DNA of 64,000 nucleotides from Magnetococcus sp. MYC-9 (lineage in GTDB: Bacteria > Pseudomonadota > Magnetococcia > Magnetococcales > Magnetaquicoccaceae): contig JAMOAY010000006.1 in assembly GCA_039908525.1 (NCBI GenBank), positions 56,562-120,561 on the forward strand. Reading direction: 5' to 3'. The notes beneath the pieces were generated by a model. It worked only from the letters and a program-made list of their open reading frames with translations, ran no database searches and had not been told where the DNA came from. This document shows positions 50,815 to 61,975 of this stretch, piece by piece (the first letter of the stretch is position 1; each line of letters begins with the position of its first letter). Both the position numbers and the translations under genes were made by a program.

Positions 50815-51846
50815 TCATGCACAAAGGCCGCGCAACTGTCCACAGGCCGCTGCAATATCCCCACCCCGACTGTCCCGGATCACCGTCACCAGTCCGGCGT
50901 TGCACACCACCTCCTGAAACCGCAGGGTGGTCTCACGGGGGGAGGGCTCAAACGGAGCCCCCGGCCAAGGGTTGAAGGTGATCAGATTGACCTTGGAAGG
51001 AATCCCTTTCAGGAACTCAACCAGCTCTCGGGCATCCTGGGTGGTGTCGTTGATCCCCTTCAACAGAAGATACTCCCAGGTGATGCAGCGTCCGTGTTTG
51101 AGGGGAAACGCCTGAATGGCCTGACGCAACATCTGGAGCGGGAATTTCCGGTTGAGGGGAATGAGCTGGTCCCGCACCGGATCCCGCACGCTGTGCAATG
51201 AAATGGCCATATTGATGCCCAGATCCCAGCCGACCTGCACCAGACGGGGCACGACCCCGGCGGTGGAGAGGGTGATTTTGCGGGTGCCAATCGCCAACCC
51301 GGTGCCGTTCAGCAAGATGCGCACCGCCTTGACCACCGCATCGTAGTTGTACAACGGCTCGCCCATGCCCATCAGGACCACGTTGGTCACCTTCTGTCCC
51401 CGTTTTGCCAGTTCCGAGCGGGCGAAGGTGACCTGTTCGACCATCTCGGCCGCCTCCAGATTGCGCGACAAGGGCTGAGTGCCCGTATAACAAAAGGTGC
51501 AGGCCAGGGAACAGCCGACCTGGGAAGAGAGACACAAGGTGCCCCGGTCGGGATCGGGAATATAAACCGTCTCGATCCTCGCCCCGTCGGCCAATGCCAG
51601 CAGCCACTTTTCGGTACCATCCTGGGAGATCTGATGGGCCAGCGTCCGGGGTACCAGGGGCGGAGAGAGTTCCAGCAGGCGACTGCGCAGGGCTGCGGGC
51701 AGATCGGTCATCTCCTCCACATGGCGCGCCAGTTTGATGTACAGCCAGGACCAGATCTGCTTGGCGCGGTAGGGTCGCTCGCCCCACGCCTCCATCAGAC
51801 CACTCAACTCCTCCCAGGTCAAACCGGTCAAACGCAGCGCACCCAT
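50815..51846 (-). CDS. rlmN: Dual-specificity rRNA/tRNA methyltransferase RlmN
   Basis: ETVYIP, CLSSQVGCSLACTFC, MGMGEP, STAG, SRGGDIAAACGQL. Confidence 0.95.
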   Translation of the reverse strand: MGALRLTGLTWEELSGLMEAWGERPYRAKQIWSWLYIKLARHVEEMTDLPAALRSRLLELSPPLVPRTLAHQISQDGTEKWLLALADGARIETVYIPDPDRGTLCLSSQVGCSLACTFCYTGTQPLSRNLEAAEMVEQVTFARSELAKRGQKVTNVVLMGMGEPLYNYDAVVKAVRILLNGTGLAIGTRKITLSTAGVVPRLVQVGWDLGINMAISLHSVRDPVRDQLIPLNRKFPLQMLRQAIQAFPLKHGRCITWEYLLLKGINDTTQDARELVEFLKGIPSKVNLITFNPWPGAPFEPSPRETTLRFQEVVCNAGLVTVIRDSRGGDIAAACGQLRGLCA

Positions 51847-51942
51847 GACAAACCTTTTGCAGCACACAGTACAAATGCCGGGGAACGGGCGGTTTTCCTC
51901 GATCGTTCCCCGGCCGGAACAGACTCAATGAAAGCAAGGGTA

Positions 51943-52371
51943 TCAAGGCCGACTGTGGATCTCCATACCGCCAAAGAAAAAGGCGATCTCCTGGGCCGCC
52001 GTCTCCGGGGCATCGGAACCGTGCACCGCGTTGGCCTCGATGCTGCTGGCAAAGTCCGCCCGAATCGTACCGGGAGCGGCGTTGGCCGGATTGGTGGGCC
52101 CCATGATCTCCCGATTGCGGGCAATGGCACCCTCCCCCTCCAACACCTGCACCATGATGGGCCCGGAGCTCATGTAGTTCACCAGGTCCGCATAAAAGGG
52201 TCTGCCCCGGTGCACCGCGTAGAAGGCCCCTGCCTGAACAGCGGAAAGGTGCAGCATCTTGCTGGCGACGATCCGCAACCCGGCGGCCTCAAAACGGGCA
52301 TAAATTTGACCGATGACATTCTTGGCAACGGCATCGGGCTTGACCATGGAAAGAGTCCGTTCAACAGCCAT
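51943..52371 (-). CDS. ndk: Nucleoside diphosphate kinase
   Basis: [42 protein letters not shown]. Confidence 0.97.
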   Translation of the reverse strand: MAVERTLSMVKPDAVAKNVIGQIYARFEAAGLRIVASKMLHLSAVQAGAFYAVHRGRPFYADLVNYMSSGPIMVQVLEGEGAIARNREIMGPTNPANAAPGTIRADFASSIEANAVHGSDAPETAAQEIAFFFGGMEIHSRP

Positions 52372-52388
52372 GTTGTTCTCCTGTTTGC

Positions 52389-52509
52389 TGTGGATAAACC
52401 TGTGGATAAAAGTGGAACAAAACCTGAAAAACATTGCGCAACACACTGAAATAAATAAATAAACATGGATAAAACAACGCCTGTCAGCCCTGTGGCTAAC
52501 TGTAAATAA
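52389..52509 (+). promoter_or_regulatory. DnaA-box cluster in the divergent ndk intergenic region
   Basis: Perfect TGTGGATAA at 52389 and 52401; near matches TGTGGCTAA (52491), TGTAAATAA (52501), CATGGATAA (52464); AT-rich AAATAAATAAATAAA between them. Confidence 0.7.
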
Positions 52510-52610
52510 CTTGCCCTCTCCGCCACCACCTTGTATAGTGCAGGTCTGGGTGGCTCGCTGCCCACCGTCCCTCTATCGTTGACGCATTTTCTTGGAGAGA
52601 GAACCCTGAC

Positions 52611-53534
52611 ATGCCTACCTTCCTGCCACACAAAACCGGCGGCCTGGCCGCTCTTTTGTGCCTGTCCACCCTGTTGCTGCAACCCGGCGTCGCCGGAGCG
52701 GCCGTGTGGTACACCGGGGAGTTCTCCGCAGACATTATCATCACCGATCCCCGCGCGCCAGATGGCAAGGTGCGTGGCAGCTTTTATGTCGGCAAGGACC
52801 GCTTCCGGGCGGAGGGCATCCACCAGGGCAAGAGAAAGGCCCTGATCGTCCATCCCCAGGAGCGCAAGGTCTGGATGCTCCTGCCGGAGGAAAAAAGCTA
52901 CTACGCCGGCGCCGGGGGGGCACCGGTCCCTCCCAAGCCGGACATTGACCGCCTGCCGGGCGACAACGACGGCCCCTGCAGGCAGGATAAGGCCATAAGC
53001 TGCACACGGCTAGGGACAGAAAAGCTCAACGAGGTGGAAACCGAAAAATGGGAGGTGAAAATCACCCCGCCCGGCCCGCCCCCTGGTCAGCCAACGGCAG
53101 GGGCCCCTACTGAGCAACCGGTGCAAAAGGCGACCGTCTGGGCCGATCCCAAGCGGCATATCATCGTTCGCCAGCAACTGGAAGGAGGTCCCGCCATGGA
53201 ACGACTCCTGGTGGCAACGGAGAAGGTGGCCGACCGTGCGACGGAAAAATGGGCGGTCACACAAACTTTCCAGGGCGCCAGTCAAAAATATTTCCGTTGG
53301 GTAGACAGCCGGTTGCGGGTGCCTGTGCGCGAAGAGGAGGATGGCAAGGTGGTCATGGAGCTGGTCAATATCCAGGAAAAACCCCAGGCAGCTGCCCTGT
53401 TTGAGATACCCAAAGAGTACAAGGAGGTCCAACCTCCCGCTCCCCCTGCGGCGGATGCGGGCCCAGGGCAGACCAGACTGGATGAGCTGCCTGCGGCATC
53501 TCCCCCACCGCCTGGCAAGTTGCAATACCGTTGA
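52611..53534 (+). CDS. Exported DUF4412-like / LolA-fold-like protein with an internal repeat
   Basis: Signal peptide; EFSAD..KDRFRAE..KVWMLLP; two TEK..TEKW..WxD blocks; LFEIP. Confidence 0.7.
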   Translation: MPTFLPHKTGGLAALLCLSTLLLQPGVAGAAVWYTGEFSADIIITDPRAPDGKVRGSFYVGKDRFRAEGIHQGKRKALIVHPQERKVWMLLPEEKSYYAGAGGAPVPPKPDIDRLPGDNDGPCRQDKAISCTRLGTEKLNEVETEKWEVKITPPGPPPGQPTAGAPTEQPVQKATVWADPKRHIIVRQQLEGGPAMERLLVATEKVADRATEKWAVTQTFQGASQKYFRWVDSRLRVPVREEEDGKVVMELVNIQEKPQAAALFEIPKEYKEVQPPAPPAADAGPGQTRLDELPAASPPPPGKLQYR

Positions 53535-53622
53535 TCCACACATCTCTCCCCCGACGACCCGGACGCGGGCGGGGAGACGGGGCGGATCTCTGCAACATCG
53601 GGCGTCGAATGAGGAGTCGGTC

Positions 53623-54369
53623 ATGGCAGGACACAGCAAGTGGGCCAATATCAAGATCCGCAAGGGGGCACAAGATGCCAAGCGCGGCAAGATATTTACC
53701 AAATTGATTCGCGAAATCACCACGGCAGCCCGCCTGGGTGGCGCCGATCCCTCTGCCAACGCCCGCTTGCGGGGTGCGGTCATCGCAGCCAGGGGGCAGA
53801 ACATGCCCAAGGACACCATGGAAAAGGCCATCAAACGGGGCGCCGGTGGTCTGGATGGGGCCAACTATGAAGAGGCCCGCTACGAAGGGTACGGTCCCGG
53901 TGGGGTGGCGGTGATCGTACAAACGCTGACCGACAACTACAACCGCACGGTTGCCGATGTGCGTCACGCCTTCAGCAAATACGGCGGCAATCTGGGCACG
54001 GCCGGCTGTGTTGCCTATCTGTTTGACAACAAAGGCGAGCTCATCTTCGAGAACTGCAGTGAAGACCAGCTGATCGAGGCCGCCCTGGAAGCGGGTGCCG
54101 AGGATGTGATGGCGGACGGCACCACCTTTGAGGTGATCACCGCCCCGGACCAACTGCACGCGGTGCAAGAACTCCTGACCCAGGCCGGTTTCAACCCTGT
54201 ACAGGCCGGGTTGATCATGCGACCACAAAACAGTGTCACCCTGGACGAAAAACAGGCCAGCTCCATGCTGAAGTTGATGGACATGCTGGAGGATAATGAT
54301 GATGTGCAAAAGGTATATGCCAATTTTGACATTCCTGACGAGATTCTGGAACGCCTGGCAGGCGCCTGA
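53623..54369 (+). CDS. yebC: YebC/PmpR family regulator
   Basis: [43 protein letters not shown]. Confidence 0.97.
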   Translation: MAGHSKWANIKIRKGAQDAKRGKIFTKLIREITTAARLGGADPSANARLRGAVIAARGQNMPKDTMEKAIKRGAGGLDGANYEEARYEGYGPGGVAVIVQTLTDNYNRTVADVRHAFSKYGGNLGTAGCVAYLFDNKGELIFENCSEDQLIEAALEAGAEDVMADGTTFEVITAPDQLHAVQELLTQAGFNPVQAGLIMRPQNSVTLDEKQASSMLKLMDMLEDNDDVQKVYANFDIPDEILERLAGA

Positions 54370-54370
54370 C

Positions 54371-54886
54371 ATGCGCGTGATCGGTATTGATCCCGGCACA
54401 ATAACAACCGGATGGGGCATTGTGGAGGCCCATGGCAGTCGCCTGCGTCATGTGGCCAACGGCTGTATTCGCACGCAACCGGGAGAGTCCCTGCCCACCC
54501 GATTGGGGAAGATTTTTGCGGATCTGAGCAGGATCATCACCGAGCATCAACCGCAAGAGGCTGTCATCGAAGAAGTTTTTGTCTCACACAACGTGCAGAG
54601 TGCCCTGAAACTGGGCCATGCCCGGGGAGTGGCCATCGCCGCTGCCAACCAGCAAGGGCTGCCGATCCACGAATATACGGCGATGCAGGTCAAAAAGACG
54701 GTGGTGGGCTACGGGCGGGCAGAAAAGGGGCAGATGCAGGAGATGGTCCGTATTTTGCTTTGTATGGGGAGAACGGCGCCTCAGGATGCAGCCGATGCCT
54801 TGGGGGTGGCCATCTGCCATTTGAACCATCTCCCCGTCCGGTCACTGCAGGGGACCGGTTCGGTTCGTGCGGGTGTGCTGCCGTGA
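54371..54886 (+). CDS. ruvC: Holliday junction resolvase RuvC
   Basis: RVIGIDPG, IEEVF, LKLGHARG, GYGRAEK, DAADALGVAICH. Confidence 0.97.
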   Translation: MRVIGIDPGTITTGWGIVEAHGSRLRHVANGCIRTQPGESLPTRLGKIFADLSRIITEHQPQEAVIEEVFVSHNVQSALKLGHARGVAIAAANQQGLPIHEYTAMQVKKTVVGYGRAEKGQMQEMVRILLCMGRTAPQDAADALGVAICHLNHLPVRSLQGTGSVRAGVLP

Positions 54887-55530
54887 TTGCCATGTTGCGC
54901 GGGGTTCTGGAGGAGAAGCAACCGGACCAGATCGTGCTGGATGTGGGCGGCGTGGGGTATCGGCTGTTCATACCCCTCTCCAGCTACGAAAAGCTGCCGT
55001 CGGTGGGAGAAAAGGTGCGTCTTCTCACCGTGACCCATGTGCGAGAAGATGCCCTGCATCTCTACGGCTTTGTCACTCAGGAAGAGCGGCAGCTGTTTGT
55101 ATTGCTGAACAATGTCAGTGGGATCGGCACCCGACTGGCCACCTCAGCCCTCTCTGCCTTGAGTGCCTCTGCCTTGGCTGCAGCGATTGCCGGCGAGGAT
55201 CTCCACACTTTGTGTCTGATTCCCGGTGTCGGTCGCAAAACGGCACAACGACTGGTCATTGAATTGAAAGACCGTTTGCCGGCCAGGAGCTTCCCGGCCA
55301 CCGGAGGTGAGCACGAAGGGGGCCCGGTGGCATCGGATCTGTCGGTCGTCTCTCCTCCCTCCCATGCGCAGCTGCGCGGGGAGTTGAGTTCGGCGTTGAT
55401 GAATCTGGGCTACAAGCGGCCGGAGGTGGAACGGGTGCTGGAGCAGCTGTTCCGTGGCGCCCGGATCGCCAGCGTCAGCGAGGGGCTGCGGGCCGCCCTT
55501 AAAGCGTTGGCCCGCCCGGTGTCCGAATGA
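54883..55530 (+). CDS. ruvA: Holliday junction branch migration protein RuvA
   Basis: [47 protein letters not shown]. Confidence 0.96.
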   Translation: MIAMLRGVLEEKQPDQIVLDVGGVGYRLFIPLSSYEKLPSVGEKVRLLTVTHVREDALHLYGFVTQEERQLFVLLNNVSGIGTRLATSALSALSASALAAAIAGEDLHTLCLIPGVGRKTAQRLVIELKDRLPARSFPATGGEHEGGPVASDLSVVSPPSHAQLRGELSSALMNLGYKRPEVERVLEQLFRGARIASVSEGLRAALKALARPVSE

Positions 55531-56564
55531 GCTCCGCAGGCGAGCCGCAGCGCCTGTTGTCGGCTGCGGCCGAGTGGGGCGAGCCCCCTCTGGATCCGGC
55601 CCTGCGTCCCCGACAGCTGGTAGAGTTTATTGGGCAAAGCAAACTGAAAACCAATTTGATGGTTTTCCTGCAGGCCGCCAGGAATCGTGGCGAGGCGATG
55701 GATCATGTGCTGCTGCACGGTCCGCCGGGTCTGGGCAAAACCACGCTGGCCCGCATCATTGCCGCCGAACTGGGTGTGGGGTTGCGCACCACCTCCGGTC
55801 CCATCATCGAAAAAGCGGGGGATCTGGCCGCGCTGCTCACCAACCTGGAGCGGGGTGATCTGCTGTTCATCGACGAGATCCACCGGCTCAGCCCCTCGGT
55901 GGAAGAGATTCTGTACCCGGCCATGGAAGAGTACCAGCTGGATATTCTGATCGGTGAAGGACCATCGGCCCGCTCCATCAAGATCGACCTCCCCCCGTTT
56001 ACCCTGGTGGGGGCCACGACCCGGATCGGCCTGTTGACCAACCCTTTGCGGGACCGGTTCGGTATTCTGGCACACATGGAGTTCTATCGACCGGAGGAGC
56101 TGACGGCCATCTTGCGTCGTTCTGCCCGCCTGTTGCGGGTCACCCTGGACGATTCGGGGGCCGAGGAGATTGCCCGTCGCTCCCGTGGCACCCCACGGAT
56201 TGCCAACCGCCTGCTGAAACGGGTACGTGACTTTGCAGAGATCATGGGCCGGGGCCACATCGATCAGGAGATGGCCGGCCATGGGCTGGAGTTGCTGGAG
56301 GTGGACCATCGCGGACTGGACAGCATGGATCGGTTTTTCCTTACCACCCTCATCGACAAGTTTGCCGGGGGTCCGGTGGGACTGGATACCCTGTCGGCGG
56401 CCATCAGCGAGACCCGTGACACCCTTGAGGATGTGGTTGAGCCCTATCTGCTGCAGGAGGGGTTCCTGGATCGTACCCCGCGGGGGCGCCGGGCAACGGC
56501 GCTGGCCTACGGCCATCTGGGTCGAACGGCGGCCTTGCCCGGTGGACAAGGATCCTTGTCGTGA
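55527..56564 (+). CDS. ruvB: Holliday junction helicase RuvB
   Basis: [45 protein letters not shown]. Confidence 0.98.
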   Translation: MSSAGEPQRLLSAAAEWGEPPLDPALRPRQLVEFIGQSKLKTNLMVFLQAARNRGEAMDHVLLHGPPGLGKTTLARIIAAELGVGLRTTSGPIIEKAGDLAALLTNLERGDLLFIDEIHRLSPSVEEILYPAMEEYQLDILIGEGPSARSIKIDLPPFTLVGATTRIGLLTNPLRDRFGILAHMEFYRPEELTAILRRSARLLRVTLDDSGAEEIARRSRGTPRIANRLLKRVRDFAEIMGRGHIDQEMAGHGLELLEVDHRGLDSMDRFFLTTLIDKFAGGPVGLDTLSAAISETRDTLEDVVEPYLLQEGFLDRTPRGRRATALAYGHLGRTAALPGGQGSLS

Positions 56565-57064
56565 CGGAAGAGGCTTTTCTTTGGCCGGTTCGGGTCTACT
56601 ATGAGGCGACAGATGCCGGTGGCGTGGTCTACCACAGCCGCTATCTGAACTTCATGGAACGGGCCAGAACCGAGTGGTTGCGCCACATGGGTTTCAACCA
56701 GGAGCAACTCCATCGGGAACAGGGAGTGCTGTTTGCCGTTACCCGGATGGAGATCCGGTTTTTGGCCCCGGCCCGATTGGACGACACCCTGTTGGTCTCT
56801 GTGGCGCTCCAAAGCCACAAACAGGCCAGCCTGCTCCTGCAGCAGGGAATCCATCGCGTACACGATCAACGACCCCTGATCCGGGCCACGGTGGAGATCG
56901 TTGCCTTGAATCACCGCTTCAAGCCGACCCGCTTGCCGAGCGGCTTGTTGCACCGGATGCGGCACCCGGAACAGAGCGGCGGCGCTCATGCCGTCTCCGA
57001 GCGGGATACGTCGGCAAACGCAGGATATTTCGGTCAACCCTTTACCAATGGTCCAACTCAATGA
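56561..57064 (+). CDS. ybgC: Tol-pal-associated acyl-CoA thioesterase
   Basis: [34 protein letters not shown]; position before tolQ. Confidence 0.9.
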   Translation: MTEEAFLWPVRVYYEATDAGGVVYHSRYLNFMERARTEWLRHMGFNQEQLHREQGVLFAVTRMEIRFLAPARLDDTLLVSVALQSHKQASLLLQQGIHRVHDQRPLIRATVEIVALNHRFKPTRLPSGLLHRMRHPEQSGGAHAVSERDTSANAGYFGQPFTNGPTQ

Positions 57065-57771
57065 ATGAAACTCTCGCATCCCACAACCCCTGGGATCTGG
57101 TCAGCCAGGCGGGGCCCGTGGTCAAGATGGTCATGCTGCTCCTGCTGGGGGCCTCCATTTGGTCCTGGAAAATCATTATCGAAAAGTGGATGCTCTTCCG
57201 CCGGGTCACCCAGGAGGCCACGGCCTTCGAGGAGCGGTTCTGGAGCGGTGGCAGCATCGCCAAGCTCTATCAATCGGCGGCGCGAGAGTGGCCGGACAGT
57301 CCCCTGGTCAACGTCTTCACCACCGGTTTCCGGGAGTGGAAACGTTGGGAGGGGGAGGATGGCGTACCCGCCGCCGGCGAAGCCGGGGATCTGCTGCCCA
57401 ACATTCGCCGGGCCATGACGGTCGCTCTCAACCGGGAGATGGACAACATGGGGCGGGGTCTGACCTTCCTGGCCACCACCGGCTCGACCAGTCCCTTCAT
57501 CGGCCTGTTCGGAACCGTCTGGGGGATCATGAACTCCTTTCTGGGGTTGGCGGGTGCGAAAAACACCACCCTGACCATGGTGGCTCCGGGTATTGCAGAG
57601 GCACTGATTGCCACGGCCATGGGTCTGGTGGCCGCCATTCCGGCGGTGATCGCCTACAACAAATTTGCCACCAACTTGCGTCGTTTCCATCAAAAACTGG
57701 ACAATTTCGGCGCCGAGTTCCTGAACATTCTGGAGCGGCAGAGCGCGCGCCGGGGAGGAAAAACCTCATGA
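57061..57771 (+). CDS. tolQ: TolQ
   Basis: SIWSWKII, LATTGSTSPFIGLFGTVWGIM, PGIAEALIATAMGL..AIPAV. Confidence 0.95.
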   Translation: MNETLASHNPWDLVSQAGPVVKMVMLLLLGASIWSWKIIIEKWMLFRRVTQEATAFEERFWSGGSIAKLYQSAAREWPDSPLVNVFTTGFREWKRWEGEDGVPAAGEAGDLLPNIRRAMTVALNREMDNMGRGLTFLATTGSTSPFIGLFGTVWGIMNSFLGLAGAKNTTLTMVAPGIAEALIATAMGLVAAIPAVIAYNKFATNLRRFHQKLDNFGAEFLNILERQSARRGGKTS

Positions 57772-58193
57772 GCATGGGTGTCAATTTCAACAGTCAAGGT
57801 TCAGAACATGGCACCATGAGCGACATCAACGTCACACCCATGGTAGACATCATGCTGGTTCTGCTGGTCATCTTCATGGTAACCGCCCCTCTGCTGACCC
57901 AGGGGGTCGAGGTCAATCTGCCCTCCACCCATGCTGCGCCCCTCAACTCCAAGCAGGAACCGGTGATCATCACGGTCAATCAGGATGGTCTGGTCTATAT
58001 CGAAAAAAATCTGCTCAATACCGCGCAACTGATCGAACGGGTATCCGCGATGCGCAAAAGCAACCCGGATCTGCCCATCTTTGTGCGGGGTGATCGCAAG
58101 TCGGCCTATGGATCCGTCATGATCGTGATGTCCCAGTTGCAACAGGCTGGCGTGGATCGTATTGGTCTGGTCACTGAGCCACCTGCGCAATAA
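57768..58193 (+). CDS. tolR: TolR
   Basis: [35 protein letters not shown]. Confidence 0.95.
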   Translation: MSMGVNFNSQGSEHGTMSDINVTPMVDIMLVLLVIFMVTAPLLTQGVEVNLPSTHAAPLNSKQEPVIITVNQDGLVYIEKNLLNTAQLIERVSAMRKSNPDLPIFVRGDRKSAYGSVMIVMSQLQQAGVDRIGLVTEPPAQ

Positions 58194-58197
58194 GTTC

Positions 58198-59541
58198 ATG
58201 GCACCCAATCGCAAACCGCTGATTGTTTCGGTCGTCGGCCACCTTCTGTTGCTGGCCATGGCGTTTCTTATGCCCTTCTCTCCGCCAGAGAAGGAGCCGA
58301 CGCCGCCCGTGATGGTCAGTCTGGTACAGTTGCCGCCGACTGACAAGGCCAAGCCCAGCGCCCTCCCGAAACCTGAGGAGGAGACTGTCGCGGAAACTGC
58401 GGAGCCTGCAGAGACGACTCCGATTGTGGAGCCTGTCAAGGTTCTTCCGCCCATGGCGCCCCTCAAGCCGGCCTTGCCTCCCCCGCCGCCCGTCACGGAA
58501 CCGATCAAACTGCCCCCTCCTCCCCCGGAGAAAGCAGTGATGGAGCCCAAGCCAGAACCTGAGCCAAAACCTGTACCCAAGCCGGAGCCCAAACCGGAGC
58601 CCAAACCCGCGCCCAAACCGGAACCCAAGCCGGAACCCAAGCCGGAACCCAAGCCCGCACCCAAACCGGAACCCAAACCGGAACCCAAGCCCGCGCCCAA
58701 GCCGGAACCGAAACCGGAACCCAAGCCCGCGCCCAAGCCGGAACCCAAGCCGGAGCCCAAGCCCGCGCCTAAACCAGAGCCCAAGCCGGAACCCAAACCG
58801 GAGCCCAAGCCCGCGCCCAAACCGGAGCCCAAACCAGAGCCCAAGCCCGCGCCCAAGCCGGAACCCAAGCCGGAGCCCAAGCCAGAACCGAAACCTGCGC
58901 CCAAATCGGAACCCAAAGCGGAGCCCAAGCCCGCGCCCAAACCGGAGGCCAAGCCCACGCCCAAGCCAGAACAGAAGGCGGAGCCCAAGGTCGTAAAAAA
59001 GGAGGAACCGACCAAGAAGGAGAAGGGCTCGGAGGCGCAAAAGCCGACCGAGGACAAAAAAAGCAGGAGCGAGCCCACAAAGCCTGTAGAACCGGTCAGG
59101 AAACAGTCTGAAGAACCGGATTTCTCTTCGATCACGGCAGCCATTGCCAAAACCCAACCCGCACCGCGGGCTCCGCAACCGCCTGCGGCGCGACCGACTC
59201 CGGCCGTCCCGGCTCCGGCCCAACCGGCTGCGGCCAGCCAAGAGCCACGGGCATCCAGCTTGACGGTCTCGCTCTGGCAACGCAAAATCCACAGCAAGAT
59301 TTATGAAAGCTGGAACAAACCCAGCGGGTTACCCAATGAAAACAGCCTGGTGGTAACCGTGGTGGTGGCTGTGGGACCCGATGGCACCTTGATGAACCCC
59401 CGCATTATGCGAACCTCCGGCAATGCCGTGTTTGATCGTTCGGTGGTTGGAGCCGTTCTGAAAACTTCCATGGTGGAACAACCGCCAGCCGGTTGTCCCG
59501 AGTGCCGCGAGCTGGAAATCAATTTCCGACCGCAGCGATGA
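58198..59541 (+). CDS. tolA: TolA/TonB-like energy transducer with a long Pro-Lys-Pro-Glu linker
   Basis: N-terminal TM with SVVGH (SxxxH), Pro-rich linker, TonB-C-like domain ([15 protein letters not shown]); follows tolQR. Confidence 0.85.
   Translation: MAPNRKPLIVSVVGHLLLLAMAFLMPFSPPEKEPTPPVMVSLVQLPPTDKAKPSALPKPEEETVAETAEPAETTPIVEPVKVLPPMAPLKPALPPPPPVTEPIKLPPPPPEKAVMEPKPEPEPKPVPKPEPKPEPKPAPKPEPKPEPKPEPKPAPKPEPKPEPKPAPKPEPKPEPKPAPKPEPKPEPKPAPKPEPKPEPKPEPKPAPKPEPKPEPKPAPKPEPKPEPKPEPKPAPKSEPKAEPKPAPKPEAKPTPKPEQKAEPKVVKKEEPTKKEKGSEAQKPTEDKKSRSEPTKPVEPVRKQSEEPDFSSITAAIAKTQPAPRAPQPPAARPTPAVPAPAQPAAASQEPRASSLTVSLWQRKIHSKIYESWNKPSGLPNENSLVVTVVVAVGPDGTLMNPRIMRTSGNAVFDRSVVGAVLKTSMVEQPPAGCPECRELEINFRPQR
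58543..58989 (+). repeat. 12-bp coding tandem repeat (~37 units, consensus CCCAAGCCGGAA) encoding (PKPE/PKPA)n
   Basis: Directly visible tandem array inside tolA. Confidence 0.95.
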
Positions 59542-60854
59542 CCCATGCTCCCGCCATGAACAAGGGAACTGGTCCTCTCGCCAATGCCGAACTGTGCACG
59601 CAGTGTGGTTACTGTCTGCCGGTGTGCCCCACCTATCGGGTGGAAAACAACGAAATGCATTCGCCCCGCGGTCGGGTTTCCATTGTCCTGGCGCTGCAAG
59701 CCGGCACGGTAACCCCCGAAGAGGCGGCAACGGCCCTGGACCACTGTCTGCTGTGCAGGGCCTGTCATAATGCCTGCCCGGCCGGAGTACGACCGGCCAA
59801 ACTGGCCATGCTGGTACGCAGGATGGCCCCTCCCCGACCCAGCCCGATGGGACAACTCCTGCACCGTATCACCAACAGTGCACCCTGGACGGCGCGTTTC
59901 AGTACCCTGCTGGGCTTGTACCAACACTCCGGGGCGCAGGCTGCGGTGCGGCGTCTGGGACTGCTGCGACCTCTGCCGGCCCTGGCCCGTCTGGAAGCAT
60001 TGCTGCCCCGTTACCGACCCGGCGCATCCATCCCCCCGTTTCCATCGCGCCACACCGCCATACCGGGAGTGCTGCGGGTTGGCTTGCTGAGTGGCTGCAT
60101 GGGTCGTCTTTTCATGCCGGGCATTGCGCCCTCCTCCGGCCAATTGTTGGCGCACGGGGGGAGAGAGGTGGTCCCGCTGGAGGGGTTTGGCTGCTGTGGC
60201 GCCCCGTTCCGGGAGGGAGGGGACAAAAAGGCTTTTCTGCGGCAGGCCCGGCGCACCCTGGATGCCTTCCTGGCCAGTGGGCCTCTGCAAGCCGTGGTGT
60301 GTGACAGCAGCGTCTGTGCGGTGACGATAAAAGGTTATGGACATGCCCTGGCCGACGATGCGACCTATGCAACCCCGGCCCGGAACTTCTCCGCGCAGGT
60401 ACATACCCTCAGCCAGTTTCTGGCCAAAAACCCTGCCTGTGAGGCAGAAACAACCATCGATCCCGGTTTCGGCAGCCTCGCCTATATTGACCATTGCCAA
60501 ACACGGTTTGGTTTGGGTATCATAAATGAACCCAGGTTTCTCTTGGCCTCCCTGCCCGTTGTCTGCCACGAGTTGTGGCAGGGCACTTCCTCTGCAGCAG
60601 AGGGGTGTTGTGGCGCCGGCGGAGATTATCAGCTGCGCCATCCTGAGCGCAGTCAAGAGATCAGGGCCGCCCAATTGGCAGCCCTTTGCGCCACGGGAGT
60701 CGATACGGTCGTCGGTGAAAATCCCGGCTGCTTGATGAATATCGCGGCAGGGCTGGAACATATGGGCTCCGCCGTCCAGGTACGCCACTTGGCGGAGGTG
60801 TTGTGGGCTGCCCATTCTCTGCAACAACCAACCATTCACAAGGTGCACTCATGA
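59538..60854 (+). CDS. GlcF-like Fe-S oxidoreductase (two 4Fe-4S plus CCG domains)
   Basis: [29 protein letters not shown], two CCG motifs, ENPGC; ATG overlaps the tolA stop. Confidence 0.88.
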   Translation: MTHAPAMNKGTGPLANAELCTQCGYCLPVCPTYRVENNEMHSPRGRVSIVLALQAGTVTPEEAATALDHCLLCRACHNACPAGVRPAKLAMLVRRMAPPRPSPMGQLLHRITNSAPWTARFSTLLGLYQHSGAQAAVRRLGLLRPLPALARLEALLPRYRPGASIPPFPSRHTAIPGVLRVGLLSGCMGRLFMPGIAPSSGQLLAHGGREVVPLEGFGCCGAPFREGGDKKAFLRQARRTLDAFLASGPLQAVVCDSSVCAVTIKGYGHALADDATYATPARNFSAQVHTLSQFLAKNPACEAETTIDPGFGSLAYIDHCQTRFGLGIINEPRFLLASLPVVCHELWQGTSSAAEGCCGAGGDYQLRHPERSQEIRAAQLAALCATGVDTVVGENPGCLMNIAAGLEHMGSAVQVRHLAEVLWAAHSLQQPTIHKVHS

Positions 60855-61975
60855 ACAGGACAGCTTTTTTTGCCCTCATCGCCACTTGTCTGACGGTCGG
60901 CCTGGCCACCGTGACCCTCTGGCCGGAGGATGCCGATGCGGCCCGCGCCGGGAGCGGCAGCTCCGTGGGCAGCCGCGGATCCCGGAGTTTCTCCACCCCC
61001 CGGCAGGCAACCCCGGCTCCGACCAGCACCGCCCCCATGCGCCAAAGCACCCCTGCCGCTGCGGCACCGGCCACAGCCGCCGCGCCCCGCCCGGCACCGG
61101 CCATGCCTGCTCCCTCCATGCCCGCCCCCGTCTCCTCCGGTATGAGTTCGGGCCTGATGGGTGGACTGGGCGGTTTGGCCTTGGGTGGCCTGCTGGGCGC
61201 CACCTTGTTCGGTGGCAGCAACGGCACCACAACAGGTGGTAGCGGTACGGAGGCTGTGACAGGCGCCGCCCATACCGCCGGGGCCACCGGCGGCGTAGGG
61301 GGTAGCGGGATTGGCCTTCTGGAAATCCTGCTGATTGGTGCCGTGATCTGGTTTGCCGTGCGTTGGTTCAGGCAGCAAAAAGAGAAGGCCATCGCACCCG
61401 TGGGCTCGTATGGCAACATTGCCCGGGAAGGTATGGCAGAATCCTTTCTCGGCAAGCCGGCCATGCATATGCCCAATACCATCTCCACAGGTCCGACGGA
61501 CGATCTGGCCCAGGGATTGGCCAACATTGCCAGCATGGACCCCCATTTTGACGAAGGCCGCTTCCTGGAAGGGGCAAAAATGGCCTTCCAGCATATCCAG
61601 GGCGCCTGGGCCGACTGGAGCGTCGAGCGGTTGCGTCCTCTGCTCACCGAACGCATGTGGCGTTTGATCGAGGCCCAGGCCATCAGCCGCAAGGCGGAGG
61701 GAAAACGGGATATCATTGAGAAAATTCGCTTTACCCAGGCGGAGATCACCGAAGCCTGGCAGGAGGCGGGCGAGGACTGGCTGACCGTCCATTTCCTGGT
61801 GGAGATGGTGGATTATACCACCGATTTCCAGGGCAATCTCCTGGAAGGCAACCCCAACGTCAGCACCACGGTGGAGGAGTATTGGACCTTCTGCCGTCCT
61901 GTGGGCAGTCGGGAACCCGGCTGGTTCCTGTCGGCCATTCAGCAACCCGGAGAGGTGGCAAGAAGTGCGGCTTGA
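60851..61975 (+). CDS. Tim44/TimA-like membrane protein
   Basis: ARAGSGSSVGSRGSR, Gly-rich TM region, DPHFDEGRFLEGAK, EEYWTF. Confidence 0.88.
   Translation: MNRTAFFALIATCLTVGLATVTLWPEDADAARAGSGSSVGSRGSRSFSTPRQATPAPTSTAPMRQSTPAAAAPATAAAPRPAPAMPAPSMPAPVSSGMSSGLMGGLGGLALGGLLGATLFGGSNGTTTGGSGTEAVTGAAHTAGATGGVGGSGIGLLEILLIGAVIWFAVRWFRQQKEKAIAPVGSYGNIAREGMAESFLGKPAMHMPNTISTGPTDDLAQGLANIASMDPHFDEGRFLEGAKMAFQHIQGAWADWSVERLRPLLTERMWRLIEAQAISRKAEGKRDIIEKIRFTQAEITEAWQEAGEDWLTVHFLVEMVDYTTDFQGNLLEGNPNVSTTVEEYWTFCRPVGSREPGWFLSAIQQPGEVARSAA

Noticed and set aside
57801-59297. 498-aa and 373-aa antisense ORFs with GSGLGAGL / FRLGLR repeats
   Set aside because: Shadows of the stop-free tolA tandem repeat; the resemblance to Mms6 LG repeats or silk is coincidental.
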